Shown: positions 38,168 through 47,706 of the stretch, piece after piece
Numbering within the stretch: the first letter of the stretch is position 1
Layout: each line of letters opens with the position of its first letter
Assembly: GCF_029255145.1 (NCBI RefSeq)
Contig: NZ_JAPUVQ010000050.1
Location: 15,681-79,680 of the forward strand
DNA: 64,000 nucleotides
From: Accumulibacter sp.
GTDB lineage: Bacteria > Pseudomonadota > Gammaproteobacteria > Burkholderiales > Rhodocyclaceae
Direction: 5' to 3'
Notes under the pieces: model-generated
The model's database searches: none
Told to the model about the DNA's origin: nothing
The model's input: the letters and a program-made list of their open reading frames with translations, nothing else
Program-made: the position numbers and the translations under genes

Positions 38168-40917
38168 ACGGCTTGCTGGCAGTGCTGGATCGCTGGCTGG
38201 TGCGCCGATCCGTGGCCGGGGTCGGTCGCTGGGCGTGCGCCGTGCTGGTCTGGTTTTGTCTCGCCGTACTGCCGGCGCGGGCGACCGGTGGCCTGCCGGC
38301 AAGTCTGGCGAGCGATATGACAACCGAAAACATCAGGCTGGGCGTCCAGATCGCTGACGCGACGACGGCGCTCGAACTGGCGCGCATCGACCTCGCGCGC
38401 TTGCGCAGTAGCCAGCGCGACCTGGCGGAGAGCATGGAGCGCATCGAAAGGCACGCGCAGGTGCATGCGCTGGGCCGGGAGTTCGCGCAGACGGTGATCG
38501 GGCAATTGCGCGTCCTGCCCAAGCCCGAGCGTTTCGACGCCGAGCGCCGGCAGCGTGAAGGACTGCTGGCGTCGACCAGCGACGCCAATCTGCGCGCCGA
38601 GCGTGCGCTCGACGAACTCGGCGACCTGCAGGCGGTGGTCGCGACGCGCTTCGCCGAGGCCGAGCCACCGCTTGCCGAAGCGCTGTGGCCGGACTTTCAG
38701 GCGGCGGCGTGGGCCCGACTCGGAGAGCAGCGCGTCTTGCTGGCCCGGCTCGACGAGGTCCAGCGCCAATTGCTGCGCGCGCTGCTGGACAGTGACGAGG
38801 CCGATCTCGACCTCGCGCGAAGGACGCAGGCGGCCCGTTCGGAACTGACCCGCCTGCTGTTCTGGGTACCGGCACGTCCCGGGGCGCAGACGATCAGCGA
38901 GATTCCTGCGGCGATGGCGTGGATGCTCTCGGGCGCCAACTGGCGCGCTGCCGGCCAGGTGCTGGTTGACCAGGTGCCGCCGCGGCCGTTCTGGCCGGCG
39001 CTGGCCCTGCTGGTCGCGAGCGCCCTGTATCTCGGCCGCAGACGCCTGCAAGGCCGGCTGGTCGTCCTCGCGCCGGCAACGGCGACCTATGACCGCTACT
39101 GGATCGGACACACCGTAGCCGCGCTGGCGATCACCATGGCCCTCGCGTTGCCCGTGCCGCTGGTGCTGTGGACGACGGGGAATGTCCTTGCCGCGGCGCC
39201 GGAAACGCAGTCCTTCGCCCTCGCGCTGAGCGACGCCCTGACGGCGATCGCCAAGCTGCTGCTGGCGCTGTCGGCCTTTGCCTGGCTGCTCGACCGCCGC
39301 GGCGTGGCTGGCGGCCATTTCGGCTGGGACGAGTCCCTGACGGGTTACAGCGCGCAAGCCTTGCGGCGTTTTTCCGTGTTCTTCGTGCCGCTGCTCTTTT
39401 TCGTCGCGCTGAACGGCCTGGACCACGCCCCTTACGCCAACCGTGAGAGTGTCGGGCGGATGTCCTTCAGTGTGGCGATGATCGTTCTCTCCGTCTTCCT
39501 GATGCGCTTGCTGCGGCGCAAGAGCCCATTGATGCAGCGGCTCTACGCGAGCGCACCGCGCAGTTGGGCGGCACGCCTGCACGCGCTCTGGTTCGGTGCC
39601 CTGCTGGCCGGGCCGCTGGCGATCGCCGCGCTCTCGGCGGCTGGCTACTTCGTCGCTGCCGGCTATTTCTTCACGCGCACGGTGTACTCGGTGTTCCTGA
39701 CTTTCGCCGCCGTGGCGCTGTATGGCCTGATCGCGCTATGGGTGCAGGTCGAGCGCTGGCGGCTTGACCGTCACCAGTCCGAGGAGGCCAGGCGTCTGGC
39801 TCTGGCGGACGCGGACACCGAGGAGAGCGGCGAAGTGGCCGAGGCGCGCCCGCCGCAGCTCGATATTGCGGCGATCGGCGAGCAGACGCGATCGCTCCTC
39901 GACGTGTTGATCACGCTGCTGCTGCTCGGTGGCATCTGGCTGGTGTGGCGGGGCGGCATACCGGCGCTGTCGGTGATCGGCGACTACGCCCTGTGGACCT
40001 ACAATGCGAAGGTCGATGGCCAGGCGACGACGCTGCCGCTGACCGTCGGCAATCTGTTCCTGGCGTTGCTCGTCGGCGCGGTCACCGCCGTGGTCGTGCG
40101 CAACATCGGCGCGCTGCTCGACATCGTGCTGCTGCAGCGCTTCGAGGTGCAGGCCGACGCGACCTATGCGATCAAGGTCATTACGCGCTACGCCCTAGCT
40201 GCCGTCGGTATCGTCAGCGCCTTCAGCATCCTCGGCATCGGCTGGGCCGACGTGCACTGGCTGATCGCGGCGATGGGCGTCGGCCTCGGTTTTGGCCTGC
40301 AGGAAATCGTCGCCAACTTCGTGTCGGGCCTGATCGTCCTCGCCGAGCGGCCGATCCGCATCGGCGACATCGTCACGGTCGGCAGTGTCACCGGCACGGT
40401 CGGGCGCATTCGCGCGCGCGCGACCGCCGTGGTCGACTTCGACGGCAAGGAAGTGATCATCCCGAACAAGGCGTTCATCACCGACACGGTGGTCAACTGG
40501 ACGCTCTCGAACCAGACCACCCGGCTGCAGCTCAAGGTCGGCGTCGCCTACGGCAGCGACATCGCGCTGGTGCAGCGGCTGCTGATCGCGGCCGTACGGG
40601 CCAACGACGACGTCCTCGAAGATCCGGCGTCATCGGTCTACTTCGTCGGTTTTGGCGACAGCTCGCTGGATTTCGAGATCCGTGCCTTTGTCGATTCCTT
40701 CGACAAGCGCTTGCGCGTCCAGCACGAACTCAACCTTGCGGTCGAGCGGGCGCTGCGTGTTCAGGGGATCGAGATCCCGTTCCCGCAGCGCGATCTGCAT
40801 GTCCGTTCGGCCGCCGGGCTGAGTGGCTTGCCGGCGTTCGCCGCGGCCGCTGACGCCGGTCGCCGTACCGGTCCCGCCGGGCCGCTTGCGTCCGACCCGA
40901 TGCGGCCCTGCCCATGA
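38164..40917 (+). CDS. mechanosensitive ion channel, MscK/MscM-like
   Basis: 917 aa. Layout is an N-terminal coiled-coil periplasmic region, multiple TM segments, and a C-terminal MscS-type domain (..GFGLQEIVANFVSGLIVLAERPIRIGD..). GTGA overlap with pqiC. Confidence 0.85.
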   Translation: MNGLLAVLDRWLVRRSVAGVGRWACAVLVWFCLAVLPARATGGLPASLASDMTTENIRLGVQIADATTALELARIDLARLRSSQRDLAESMERIERHAQVHALGREFAQTVIGQLRVLPKPERFDAERRQREGLLASTSDANLRAERALDELGDLQAVVATRFAEAEPPLAEALWPDFQAAAWARLGEQRVLLARLDEVQRQLLRALLDSDEADLDLARRTQAARSELTRLLFWVPARPGAQTISEIPAAMAWMLSGANWRAAGQVLVDQVPPRPFWPALALLVASALYLGRRRLQGRLVVLAPATATYDRYWIGHTVAALAITMALALPVPLVLWTTGNVLAAAPETQSFALALSDALTAIAKLLLALSAFAWLLDRRGVAGGHFGWDESLTGYSAQALRRFSVFFVPLLFFVALNGLDHAPYANRESVGRMSFSVAMIVLSVFLMRLLRRKSPLMQRLYASAPRSWAARLHALWFGALLAGPLAIAALSAAGYFVAAGYFFTRTVYSVFLTFAAVALYGLIALWVQVERWRLDRHQSEEARRLALADADTEESGEVAEARPPQLDIAAIGEQTRSLLDVLITLLLLGGIWLVWRGGIPALSVIGDYALWTYNAKVDGQATTLPLTVGNLFLALLVGAVTAVVVRNIGALLDIVLLQRFEVQADATYAIKVITRYALAAVGIVSAFSILGIGWADVHWLIAAMGVGLGFGLQEIVANFVSGLIVLAERPIRIGDIVTVGSVTGTVGRIRARATAVVDFDGKEVIIPNKAFITDTVVNWTLSNQTTRLQLKVGVAYGSDIALVQRLLIAAVRANDDVLEDPASSVYFVGFGDSSLDFEIRAFVDSFDKRLRVQHELNLAVERALRVQGIEIPFPQRDLHVRSAAGLSGLPAFAAAADAGRRTGPAGPLASDPMRPCP

Positions 40918-40976
40918 CGCCGCGCTCGGGCGCGCAACATCCGCCGCATCGCAACACCACTTACGGGAGAAGACGG

Positions 40977-41508
40977 ATGAAGACAGGAAGGATCGTGGGC
41001 GTCCTGGTCGGCTGGACCGTCGGCGCCATGCTGGCCGTCGCGCCAGCAACGGCGCACCGAACGTCTGGCTGATCATGACGGGCGATTCGGGCTCCGGGGT
41101 CCCTGGTACCTTCGCCGGCGTCGTCCCGGCGCCGGCGCCCGATGGGATTGCCGCCAGCGGCTGTGGCACCGCGTGGTTCGGCAGGAACCACCACACGCCA
41201 TCGTTCCAGGCCAGCGCCATCGTGGCATCGGGCGCAGTGCTACCGGCGTGCTCAAGGCCGCCGGCAAGGTCGTTGCGGAGCGGAAGATGGAGCGGACGAT
41301 GGAGCGGACGATTCCGTTCATCCTGCAGCGGGACGAGAATCCGGACGTCGGATCCGGCACCGGCTCGCCGGTAAAGGACCGTGGCAGCCAGGGTGCCGTT
41401 CCAGCGCGTAGGATCTCGGGGTTTCGGGGTTCGGGGCTCGCCCGCGAACCATTGTGTAACCGCGGCGCGGACCGGTCGGTGGCGACCGGCCGCCGCCGCA
41501 AGCAATGA
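40977..41508 (+). pseudogene. possible frameshifted gene for a small secreted protein
   Basis: GGGAGAAG RBS plus ATG 40977 gives a 31-aa signal-peptide-like ORF (MKTGRIVGVLVGWTVGAMLAVAPATA..) that stops at 41070. High third-position GC then continues in frame +2 (..NVWLIMTGDSGSGVPGTFAG..) and later in frame +1 (..KAAGKVVAERK..IPFILQRDENPDVGSG..) up to stop 41508. Judged by eye. Confidence 0.3.
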
Positions 41509-41520
41509 AAGGAGCAGCAA

Positions 41521-42090
41521 ATGCGTAACAGAGTACTGATCGCAGCACTTGCGACGGCGGCCCTGACGGCCGGATGTGTTTCCGAGCAGACCTATCAGGG
41601 CGAGGTCAAGCAGGCCGAGATGTACCAGCAGAAGTCGGCCTTGTACGAGTCGCTGAACGCCAAGTTGCAGACGGAGATCAACGCCGATCAGGCCAGGATC
41701 GAGCAACTGCAGAACCAGGTCAAGCTGACCCTGGTCGACCAGATCCTCTTCCCCGAGGGCGGTTGGGAGATCCACCGCCAGGGCGAGCAGACGCTGGCCA
41801 AGATTGCCCCAACGCTGAGCACGCTGCAAGGCAAGCGGATCGTCGTCGAGGGCTTTACCGACAACGTGCCGATCGGCCCGGCGCTGAAGAAGCGCTTCCC
41901 GTCGAACTGGGAGTTGTCCACCGCGCGGGCCACCGACGTCGTCAGATTCCTCGTCGCCAAAGGCGTGCCGCCCGGCATCCTGGCCGCGGAGGGCTTCGGC
42001 GATGCGCGTCCGGTAGCGTCGAACGACACGCCGCAGGGGCGGGCCAAGAACCGTCGGGTCGAAATCGTCATCAGCGGCGTGAACCAGTAG
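41521..42090 (+). CDS. OmpA-family lipoprotein (OmpA/MotB C-terminal domain)
   Basis: Lipobox LTAGC, then a coiled-coil region and an OmpA_C-like domain (..GFTDNVPIG..SNWELSTARATDVVRFL..NRRVEIV). The RBS is AAAGGAG. Confidence 0.85.
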   Translation: MRNRVLIAALATAALTAGCVSEQTYQGEVKQAEMYQQKSALYESLNAKLQTEINADQARIEQLQNQVKLTLVDQILFPEGGWEIHRQGEQTLAKIAPTLSTLQGKRIVVEGFTDNVPIGPALKKRFPSNWELSTARATDVVRFLVAKGVPPGILAAEGFGDARPVASNDTPQGRAKNRRVEIVISGVNQ

Positions 42091-42144
42091 GCACCCGCAA
42101 GCACCCGTAACCCAGGCCGCGCTGACGCTCGGTGCGTCACCGCG

Positions 42145-42218
42145 GCCTGCCCGCCGGCTCGCGTTGGCGGGCAGGCCGACCTCCTGACGAGGCAGCGCTG
42201 GCCCGCTGCCTCGTCTTT
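42145..42218 (+). terminator. two consecutive GC-rich hairpins downstream of ompA-like gene
   Basis: Hairpin A has an 11-bp perfect stem, GCCTGCCCGCC / GGCGGGCAGGC (42145-76). Hairpin B has a 12-bp perfect stem, GACGAGGCAGCG / CGCTGCCTCGTC (42186-215), followed by TTT. Confidence 0.5.
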
Positions 42219-42399
42219 CGCCAACTCGATGGATCCATGGCTCGGCGGTCCGCCGCCGCGCCCGAAAGACCCCCCGGAACATGCACTTCGCGTACCAGAA
42301 GGACCGGCCGGCCGTCCGGGGCGTGAGCGCCAGAGACCGTTTCACGCGGCTGCCTGGCCTCTTGCCCGCCGACGTTCAGGTGCTCCGCCAGTGCCCGTG

Positions 42400-43470
42400 A
42401 TGCCGATCAACAAGTGGCTGTCGCTGCAAGCGCTCAGAGGTGTCGCGACGCTTGCCGTGGTGGCCTTTCACGCACTGGCCATCGAAAGGAAGTACGCGGG
42501 CGGCGACCTGCTGCTGCCAGATTTCCTTGTCCTTGGGCAATCCGGCGTCGATCTGTTCTTCGTGATCAGCGGCTTCGTCATGGTCTCGGTGACGACCGGG
42601 CGTTTTGGCCGCAGCAGAGAAATGACGCGCTTTCTCTGGGGCCGCCTGACCCGGATCTATCCGACCTACTGGTTCTACCTGTTGCTGACCCTTGCCGTGT
42701 TTCTGATCAGGCCAGGGTGGGTCAATTCGTCGCAAGGCGAGCAGGCCGGATTGTTGTCCTCCTTGCTGTTGCTGCCCGGCAATCCGCTCCTGGTAGCGGT
42801 CGCCTGGTCGCTCACGCACGAACTGTGGTTCTACCTCGTCTTCGCCGTGCTCCTGAGATTCAACGAAAAGTGTCTGCTGCCGTCGCTGCTGGTGTGGGCA
42901 GCAATCGTCATCGCGGCCAACGCCTCGTTGACGCTCGCCGACCTTCCGGCCGGCCTGGTGATCGCCCTGCACCCCTTTACGCTCGAGTTCATCGTCGGCG
43001 CACTGGTGGCGCTCTTCATTTCGAGCGCGTACGCGCCCCGATTCTCTGGCGGGATGTCGATCGGGGCCTCGGCGCTGATCGTCGCGGCCGGCTTCCCCTT
43101 GCTCTACGCGTTCGAGGTGCTAAACGGCGTCGGCCTGATTCGCGCGGGTGTCGTTGGCACGCTGTACGGATTGCTGGTGTTCGCGCTGGCGACCCTGGAG
43201 AAGGAGGAGCGAATCGTCATCCCGCGGTTCTTGCTGCTGATGGGCGATGCCTCGTACACCGTCTATCTCTCGCATGTGCTGGTCCTGTCGGTCATTGGTC
43301 GCCTGTGGGCCCTGGCGGGTCCCGCGCCGGACAGCCTGTTCGACAACCTGCTGGCCTGCCTGCTGATGTTCGCCGCCGTCGCGGTCTACGGTCGGCTGGG
43401 CTACCGTTTCCTTGAGGAGCCGATCCTGCGCTTCTCCCACGCGCTGCGGAAGCGCTGGTTTGACGCCTAG
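42400..43470 (+). CDS. acyltransferase family 3 (OafA/YrhL-like) membrane protein
   Basis: ATG 42400 (MPINKWLSLQALRGVATLAVVAFH, the AT3 N-terminal signature). About 10 TM segments, 356 aa. Confidence 0.8.
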   Translation: MPINKWLSLQALRGVATLAVVAFHALAIERKYAGGDLLLPDFLVLGQSGVDLFFVISGFVMVSVTTGRFGRSREMTRFLWGRLTRIYPTYWFYLLLTLAVFLIRPGWVNSSQGEQAGLLSSLLLLPGNPLLVAVAWSLTHELWFYLVFAVLLRFNEKCLLPSLLVWAAIVIAANASLTLADLPAGLVIALHPFTLEFIVGALVALFISSAYAPRFSGGMSIGASALIVAAGFPLLYAFEVLNGVGLIRAGVVGTLYGLLVFALATLEKEERIVIPRFLLLMGDASYTVYLSHVLVLSVIGRLWALAGPAPDSLFDNLLACLLMFAAVAVYGRLGYRFLEEPILRFSHALRKRWFDA

Positions 43471-43635
43471 CGCTGCGCATCCGTGCTCCTGAACCAGGCG
43501 CCTTCACGATCACCAGCGGCAAGGCGATCGTCGGCCTGGCCGTCGCCGGTCACGGTACGAACCGGGTGTGCGGCGTGTCTCGACGCCGGTCGCGGCAGCC
43601 CGTCCGCCCGCCGGTTCTGCCCGTTCCGCTCCCTG

Positions 43636-44085
43636 CTATTCGTGCTCCCAGTAGAAGAACAGCTCGCTGCGGCGACCGGCGGCAAGCCTGACGGACTGGC
43701 TGAGCTGCTGGCCCTTGAATTCGGCGTCGACCCGGTACTGCCCCCGCGGCAGACTGACGAAGAAGAGCGGTCCGGGCGACGTGGTCGCGAGCACCCTTTC
43801 CCCCGCCGCATTTCGAATGCCGACCTTTACGTCGGCCAGGTAGGCTCCGCTGCCCTTGAGCGCGAAAACCAGCTGCAGGTTGTAGTCGTGCCGCATCGCT
43901 TCGAGCGCGATCGGGTCGTCGTCGCCGATTCCCCCGCTCGCATGGGCGACTTCCGCCTCGGCCAGGGCCAGCGGCGGCCTCACCAGGCCGAAGATTGCCA
44001 GGCCCAGGACCAGCACGGTCAAGACCAGCAGCGTGCGCGCGCCCGGCAAGGGCCGGCTTGACCATAGGCAATAGCAGCGTTTCAT
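43636..44085 (-). CDS. secreted hypothetical protein (beta-sandwich-like)
   Basis: 149 aa with a signal/anchor segment (LLVLTVLVLGLAIFGL), then ..GPLFFVSLPRGQYRVDAEFKGQ.. reminiscent of carboxypeptidase-regulatory-like domains. Confidence 0.5.
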   Translation of the reverse strand: MKRCYCLWSSRPLPGARTLLVLTVLVLGLAIFGLVRPPLALAEAEVAHASGGIGDDDPIALEAMRHDYNLQLVFALKGSGAYLADVKVGIRNAAGERVLATTSPGPLFFVSLPRGQYRVDAEFKGQQLSQSVRLAAGRRSELFFYWEHE

Positions 44086-44214
44086 TTCCGTTCTCCTCCC
44101 TGTGCATGATCGAACTGCAGACCTTCGTCAGCAATGTCCGGAGCGATGCGTCGAAGCGGACGACGATCACTCCACCACCGCGCACCCGCCGCCGCTGCCA
44201 TCGTGAGCCTGCAC

Positions 44215-46638
44215 TCAGCGATCCGGCGGCTCGCCGGGCAAGGCCCCCGCGGCCTTCGGCAGCGCTCGTTCCGGCATCGCATTGCGCACGGCGTCGTCCA
44301 CGTTCTCCAGAAAAACGAACTCGAGTCGCTCCTTCGCCTGCGTTGGCACTTCTTCGAGGTCCCGCCGGTTTCTGGCCGGCAACAGCACCCGCGCGATGCC
44401 GGCGCGCATCGCTGCGAGCACCTTGTCCTTGATGCCGCCGACCGGCAGCACCAGTCCCCGCAGGCTGATCTCGCCAGTCATCGCCGTGTCGTTGCGTACC
44501 GGCAGGTCGGTGAACAACGAGGCCATGGCGACGAACATCGCGACGCCGGCGCTCGGCCCATCCTTGGGGATCGCCCCTGCCGGCACATGCACGTGGACGT
44601 TGGTCTTCGCGAAGCAGGCGACCTCAATCCCGAGGCTCGCCGCCCGCGTCTTGACCAGCGTCAGAGCGGCCTGCGCCGACTCCTTCATCACCTCGCCCAG
44701 CTGGCCGGTAAGGATCAGCCGGCCGTCGCCGGCGGTGCGGCTCGCTTCGATGAACAGGATATCGCCACCGGCCGGCGTCCACGCCAGGCCGGTCGCGACG
44801 CCAGCCAGTCCGGTCCGCAGGGCGACTTCATTGTCGTAGCGAACCGGCCCGAGGATCCCGGCCAGCGCGCCCTCTTCGACGTGCATCGCCTGAATCGTTC
44901 CTTCGGCGATGTTCACCGCCGCGCGGCGACAGACGGCGCCGATCTGCCTCTCCAGCGAACGGACACCGGCTTCGCGGGTGTAATCGCGGATGATCGCCAG
45001 CAGCGCCGCATCGGCAAAGTCGATCTGTCCGTCCTTGAGGCCATTCTGGTCGATCTGGCGTGCGACGAGATAACGCCGGGCGATCTCCAGTTTCTCCTCT
45101 TGCGTGTAGCCGGGAAGTTCGATGATCTCCATGCGGTCGCGCAGCGGTCCGGGAATGCTGTCGAGGACGTTCGCGGTGGTGATGAACAGCATTCGCGACA
45201 GGTCGTAGGGCAGCGCCAGGTAGTTGTCGCGAAAACTGTTGTTCTGCTCGGGATCGAGCACCTCCAGGAGCGCGGCCGACGGGTCGCCCTGGAGGCCACT
45301 GCCGAGCTTGTCGATCTCGTCGAGCATCATCACACAGCCCCTCGAACCGGCCTTGCGGATGGCCTGGATGATGTTGCCGGGAAGGGCGCCGATGTAGGTG
45401 CGCCGATGGCCGCGGATTTCGGCCTCGTCGTGCACACCACCGAGCGAGGCGCGAACGAACTTTCGCCCGAGCGCCCTGGCGATCGACTGGCCGAGGGACG
45501 TCTTGCCGACTCCCGGCGGGCCGACGAAACACAGGATTGGCCCGTGCCCGCCCGGCTTCAGCTTGCGCACCGCGAGAAACTCGACGATGCGCCTCTTGAC
45601 CTGATCGAGTCCGAAGTGGTCGTCGTCGAGGATCTTCCTTGCCGCGGCGATTTCGATGCGGTCCGCTTCGGGTTCCTTCCACGGCAGTTCGACCAGCCAG
45701 TCGAGATACGTGCGCAGCATCGAATACTCGGCCGAACCGTCCGACAGGTGCTCCAGGCGCTGCAACTCCTTGTGCGCCTGGGTGGCAACCTCGTCGGGCA
45801 TTTGTGCCTCGGCGATTGCCTTGCGCAGCGATTCGATTTCGCGGGCGTTGCCGGCGTCTCCCTCGCCAAGCTCCTTCTGAATCGAGCGCAACTGCTCGCG
45901 CAGCAGGTACTCGCGCTGACGCTGGTCGATGTTCGCCTTGGTACGCTCGTCGATCTCGCGCGACAGGCGCAGCACTTCCAGGCGCTGAAGCAGGCAATCG
46001 AGCACGATGTCCAGGCGCGGCGCCAGGTTCACCGCCTCAAGGACGCGCTGCTGGTCGGCCGCCTTGATCTCGGTGACGCTGGCGACCAGATCGGCCAGGG
46101 CCCCCGCCTGGCTGATGCTGCGGACCGCGGTCAGCAGCTCCGGCGAAACCTGCGGCTGGTACTGCAGCACTTCGACGGCACGTTCCCTGAGGCGGAGCAA
46201 TCGTGCTTCGATCTCGCTGTCCGTTTCTTCGGGCTCTTCGATGCGGACCATGGTGGCCACCGGGAAGGGGTAGCCTGGCAGGTACCCGGCGACGCGAAAT
46301 CGCTGCTCGCCCTGGCAGACGATGACGTGCGCGCCGTCAGGCAGAGTGACGTAGCGGAGGATGCTGGCAAGCGTCCCGAGTTGGCACAGATCATCAGGCC
46401 CCGGGATCTCGATCTCGGCGTTGCGCTGCAGCAGGATTCCCACCGGTCGTCCCGTTTTCACCGCGTGCTGCGCCGCCAGTACGGACGGCTCGCGACTGAT
46501 GGTCAGCGGCAGGATCATGCGCGGGAACAGCACCACGTTGCGGATCGGCACGATCACCAGTGCATCCGCAGGGACCACCAGGACAGCGCTGCTTGCTGCG
46601 GGTCGATCGCGCTGAGGCGTGGTCGTGTCAGCGGACAT
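44215..46638 (-). CDS. lon: ATP-dependent Lon protease (LonA architecture)
   Basis: 807 aa. Layout is a LON N-domain, an AAA+ module (GPPGVGKTSL) and an S16 protease domain (..PKDGPSAGVAM..). Confidence 0.92.
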   Translation of the reverse strand: MSADTTTPQRDRPAASSAVLVVPADALVIVPIRNVVLFPRMILPLTISREPSVLAAQHAVKTGRPVGILLQRNAEIEIPGPDDLCQLGTLASILRYVTLPDGAHVIVCQGEQRFRVAGYLPGYPFPVATMVRIEEPEETDSEIEARLLRLRERAVEVLQYQPQVSPELLTAVRSISQAGALADLVASVTEIKAADQQRVLEAVNLAPRLDIVLDCLLQRLEVLRLSREIDERTKANIDQRQREYLLREQLRSIQKELGEGDAGNAREIESLRKAIAEAQMPDEVATQAHKELQRLEHLSDGSAEYSMLRTYLDWLVELPWKEPEADRIEIAAARKILDDDHFGLDQVKRRIVEFLAVRKLKPGGHGPILCFVGPPGVGKTSLGQSIARALGRKFVRASLGGVHDEAEIRGHRRTYIGALPGNIIQAIRKAGSRGCVMMLDEIDKLGSGLQGDPSAALLEVLDPEQNNSFRDNYLALPYDLSRMLFITTANVLDSIPGPLRDRMEIIELPGYTQEEKLEIARRYLVARQIDQNGLKDGQIDFADAALLAIIRDYTREAGVRSLERQIGAVCRRAAVNIAEGTIQAMHVEEGALAGILGPVRYDNEVALRTGLAGVATGLAWTPAGGDILFIEASRTAGDGRLILTGQLGEVMKESAQAALTLVKTRAASLGIEVACFAKTNVHVHVPAGAIPKDGPSAGVAMFVAMASLFTDLPVRNDTAMTGEISLRGLVLPVGGIKDKVLAAMRAGIARVLLPARNRRDLEEVPTQAKERLEFVFLENVDDAVRNAMPERALPKAAGALPGEPPDR

Positions 46639-46649
46639 TTTGCGCGTGC

Positions 46650-47054
46650 TCAGGCCAGCTGCCGCAGAACCAGCACCAGGCAGCCATTCTCCAGAAACTG
46701 CTGGTGCAGGCTGAAGTGGCCTGGCGGCAGGGTAATCCGACGCTCGAACCGCCCGTAGGGGATCTCGAGGCGGTGGATCGCCGCCCTGTGACAGGGCGAA
46801 GGCATTGGCCGCTCGCCACCGACCAGCACGCCTGTGGCGTCGAGTTCCACTTCAATCAGCCGCGAATCGACTCCCGGCAAGGCGACCAGCAGGGTCACTT
46901 CGTCTCCGTCCTGAAAGAGGTCGACAGCCGGTTGCCAGCACGGCGGTGAATGCGACGTTTCGATGGCAAAAATCCGCCGCTGCAGCCGCTCCGAACCCTG
47001 CAGAAGGTCCAGTGCCTCGGCCCACACCCAGATGTTTCGCTCACCCGATCTCAT
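46650..47054 (-). CDS. Hsp20/alpha-crystallin family small heat-shock protein
   Basis: 134 aa with an alpha-crystallin core (..PAVDLFQDGDEVTLLVALPGV..GRFERRITLP..). It ends 11 nt upstream of the lon start. Confidence 0.8.
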   Translation of the reverse strand: MRSGERNIWVWAEALDLLQGSERLQRRIFAIETSHSPPCWQPAVDLFQDGDEVTLLVALPGVDSRLIEVELDATGVLVGGERPMPSPCHRAAIHRLEIPYGRFERRITLPPGHFSLHQQFLENGCLVLVLRQLA

Positions 47055-47126
47055 CGACTGAATCCCTTGCTCGGCAAAGCGTGGCGTTCACTGCCCGACC
47101 CCGGAAGTATAGCGCCGCTGATCCCG

Positions 47127-47180
47127 TTTTCCAGGCCGGGCACGGCCTTCCGATTTTTCCAGGCCGGGGATGGCCTTCCG
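47127..47180. repeat. tandem 26-bp repeat (28-bp period), each copy hairpin-forming, upstream of hsp20
   Basis: TTTTCCAGGCCGGGCACGGCCTTCCG (47127-52) and TTTTCCAGGCCGGGGATGGCCTTCCG (47155-80). Each contains the inverted repeat AGGCCG..CGGCCT. Confidence 0.85.
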
Positions 47181-47460
47181 TTCTATCGCATGGCAGCGCC
47201 CGGGACGAGGCCCGCCACCGTGCGCAGGGCGGCGACGATCACGACGACGCCCGCCTGGCGGTCGGCGGCGAGACCATGCAAAATGCCCGAGACCCCGATG
47301 GGCAGCAAACGCAGGTCATCCAGCAGCGGAACGTCACCGCCAATCCCCCGCTGACGCCGCGCAAGCCCGCAAGGCGTCTGGTCAGGCGCCCGGCCCGCTG
47401 CCACTGTCAATCAGGAAACGGTGCTATCCTGCGCAACACCCCGCCATAAATCGAGATCCC

Positions 47461-47706
47461 ATGGTCCGTTCGCACCTCGTCGAACTGATGCGCCGCCAGC
47501 AGCTGAAAACGACCGAGCTGGCACGGCTGGCGCACGTCAATCGCAGCACGGTGGCCGCATTGACGCGCGATCGCGCGACCCGCGTCGATCTCACCGCGCT
47601 GGAGAGAATCTGCACGGTCCTCGGCTGCGGGCTCGGTGATCTGCTGGAAATCGTCCCGGACGCGCCTCGGCAAAACGACAACCCGCCGACTGCCGGAGCG
47701 AGCTGA
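47461..47706 (+). CDS. XRE/Cro-C1-type helix-turn-helix regulator (81 aa)
   Basis: ATG 47461 (MVRSHLVELMRRQQLKTTELARLAHVNRSTVAALTR..ICTVLGCGLGDLLE). Its stop codon directly abuts the pglW ATG. Confidence 0.75.
   Translation: MVRSHLVELMRRQQLKTTELARLAHVNRSTVAALTRDRATRVDLTALERICTVLGCGLGDLLEIVPDAPRQNDNPPTAGAS

Noticed and set aside
40630-42345. 571-aa minus-strand ORF spanning the mscK 3' end, the gap and the ompA-like gene
   Set aside because: It runs antisense through two well-supported plus-strand genes and has no recognisable domains.
44215-46638. Lon protease as a BREX component (BrxL, or the Lon-like part of BrxHI)
   Set aside because: It has the full housekeeping-type LonA architecture. 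It is on the opposite strand in an operon with hsp20, separated from the BREX genes by a 400-bp gap. Type 2 BREX does not use BrxL.
44134-46758. 874-aa plus-strand ORF over the lon region
   Set aside because: It is antisense to an unmistakable LonA gene (AAA+ and S16 motifs on the minus strand). Its composition is typical of a shadow ORF.
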